Assembly (NCBI GenBank): GCA_008632985.1
Contig: QPGO01000022.1
Coordinates: 62,001-126,000 of the forward strand
Length of the DNA: 64,000 nt
Reading direction: 5' to 3'
Source: Psammoneis japonica
Taxonomy: Eukaryota
Shown: positions 63,588 through 64,000 of the stretch, in pieces
Layout of the letters: each line of letters starts with the position of its first letter
How positions within the stretch are numbered: position 1 is the first letter of the stretch
Notes under the pieces: model-generated
The model's database searches: none
The model's input: the letters and a program-made list of their open reading frames with translations, nothing else
Told to the model about the DNA's origin: nothing
Translations under genes and position numbers: made by a program

Positions 63588-64000
63588 TCATCTTGCAACG
63601 TACCGTACCATGTTGGGTCCAGCACCAACCATGGCATGTCCTCCAGGCGGTACGACTATCTCAAGCTGATTGGCTTTCAATGTCTTTGAAAAGTACCCCA
63701 ACACACAGTAAGCAGTGTCGGGCGGTTCAAATCCATCAAAGGCCGTACCCAACCCCAATCCACCGCCAAAACCGCCACATCCCAAGTTTGGAAACACAAG
63801 CCAGTCGTCACAATTGAGTGGAGGAAGCATGACTTGTCGGCAAACCCTGTCAAGGCCGTCGTCATTATCACTACTAGTCGTTGTCGTCTTGAGTGGCATG
63901 GGGCTAAACTCGTGTCCAGGTAATCCAGTGGTTTGTAGCGATCCGTAGCAACCGTCATCAATGTAGTAGTGCATGGTGCATGGTGTATCCAGTGTTGCAG
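63588..64000 (-). CDS. C-terminal part of an ornithine/arginine decarboxylase-like protein (runs off the window; possibly inactive or pseudogene)
   Basis: 'HYYIDDGCYGSL', 'DGLDRVC..LPPLNCDDWLVFPNLG' and 'TAFDGF'. The usual 'GPTC' before DGLD is absent. Confidence 0.75.
   Translation of the reverse strand, partial: ATLDTPCTMHYYIDDGCYGSLQTTGLPGHEFSPMPLKTTTTSSDNDDGLDRVCRQVMLPPLNCDDWLVFPNLGCGGFGGGLGLGTAFDGFEPPDTAYCVLGYFSKTLKANQLEIVVPPGGHAMVGAGPNMVRYVAR

Noticed and set aside
1..64000. Alternative genetic code explaining Tyr->Cys/His or in-frame TAG
   Set aside because: Tyr is encoded normally in the unconverted genes, TA loss also affects non-coding DNA and all frames, and the TAG-containing genes also have frameshifts.

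Overview
Eukaryotic DNA with short GT-AG introns, most likely from a diatom. That assignment is inferred from a myosin with an ankyrin+kinase tail, a DUF1800/DUF1501-type gene and diatom-style Ty3 gag. The window is a transposon and pseudogene graveyard. It holds a large Helitron-like Rep-PIF1-GIY-YIG element with a convergent candidate DNA-modification gene, a truncated Ty3/gypsy gag-protease, four copies of a 390-bp MITE, a second PIF1 fragment, a probable LINE remnant, and disabled host genes (myosin, cGMP-dependent kinase, SOUL, MetAP exon, F-box/SUMO, DUF1501, ODC-like). The strongest signal is mutational. In kb-scale domains (about 1-18.0k, 19.3-27.0k, 37.8-43.1k and 52.3-61.4k) almost every TpA has become TpG or CpA. 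Conserved Tyr codons read as Cys or His there, including both Rep catalytic tyrosines. This is the opposite direction to fungal RIP, and the surviving TpAs are mostly in YTAR context. Protein family calls come from motif recognition by eye, with no database searches, and all counts are by eye.
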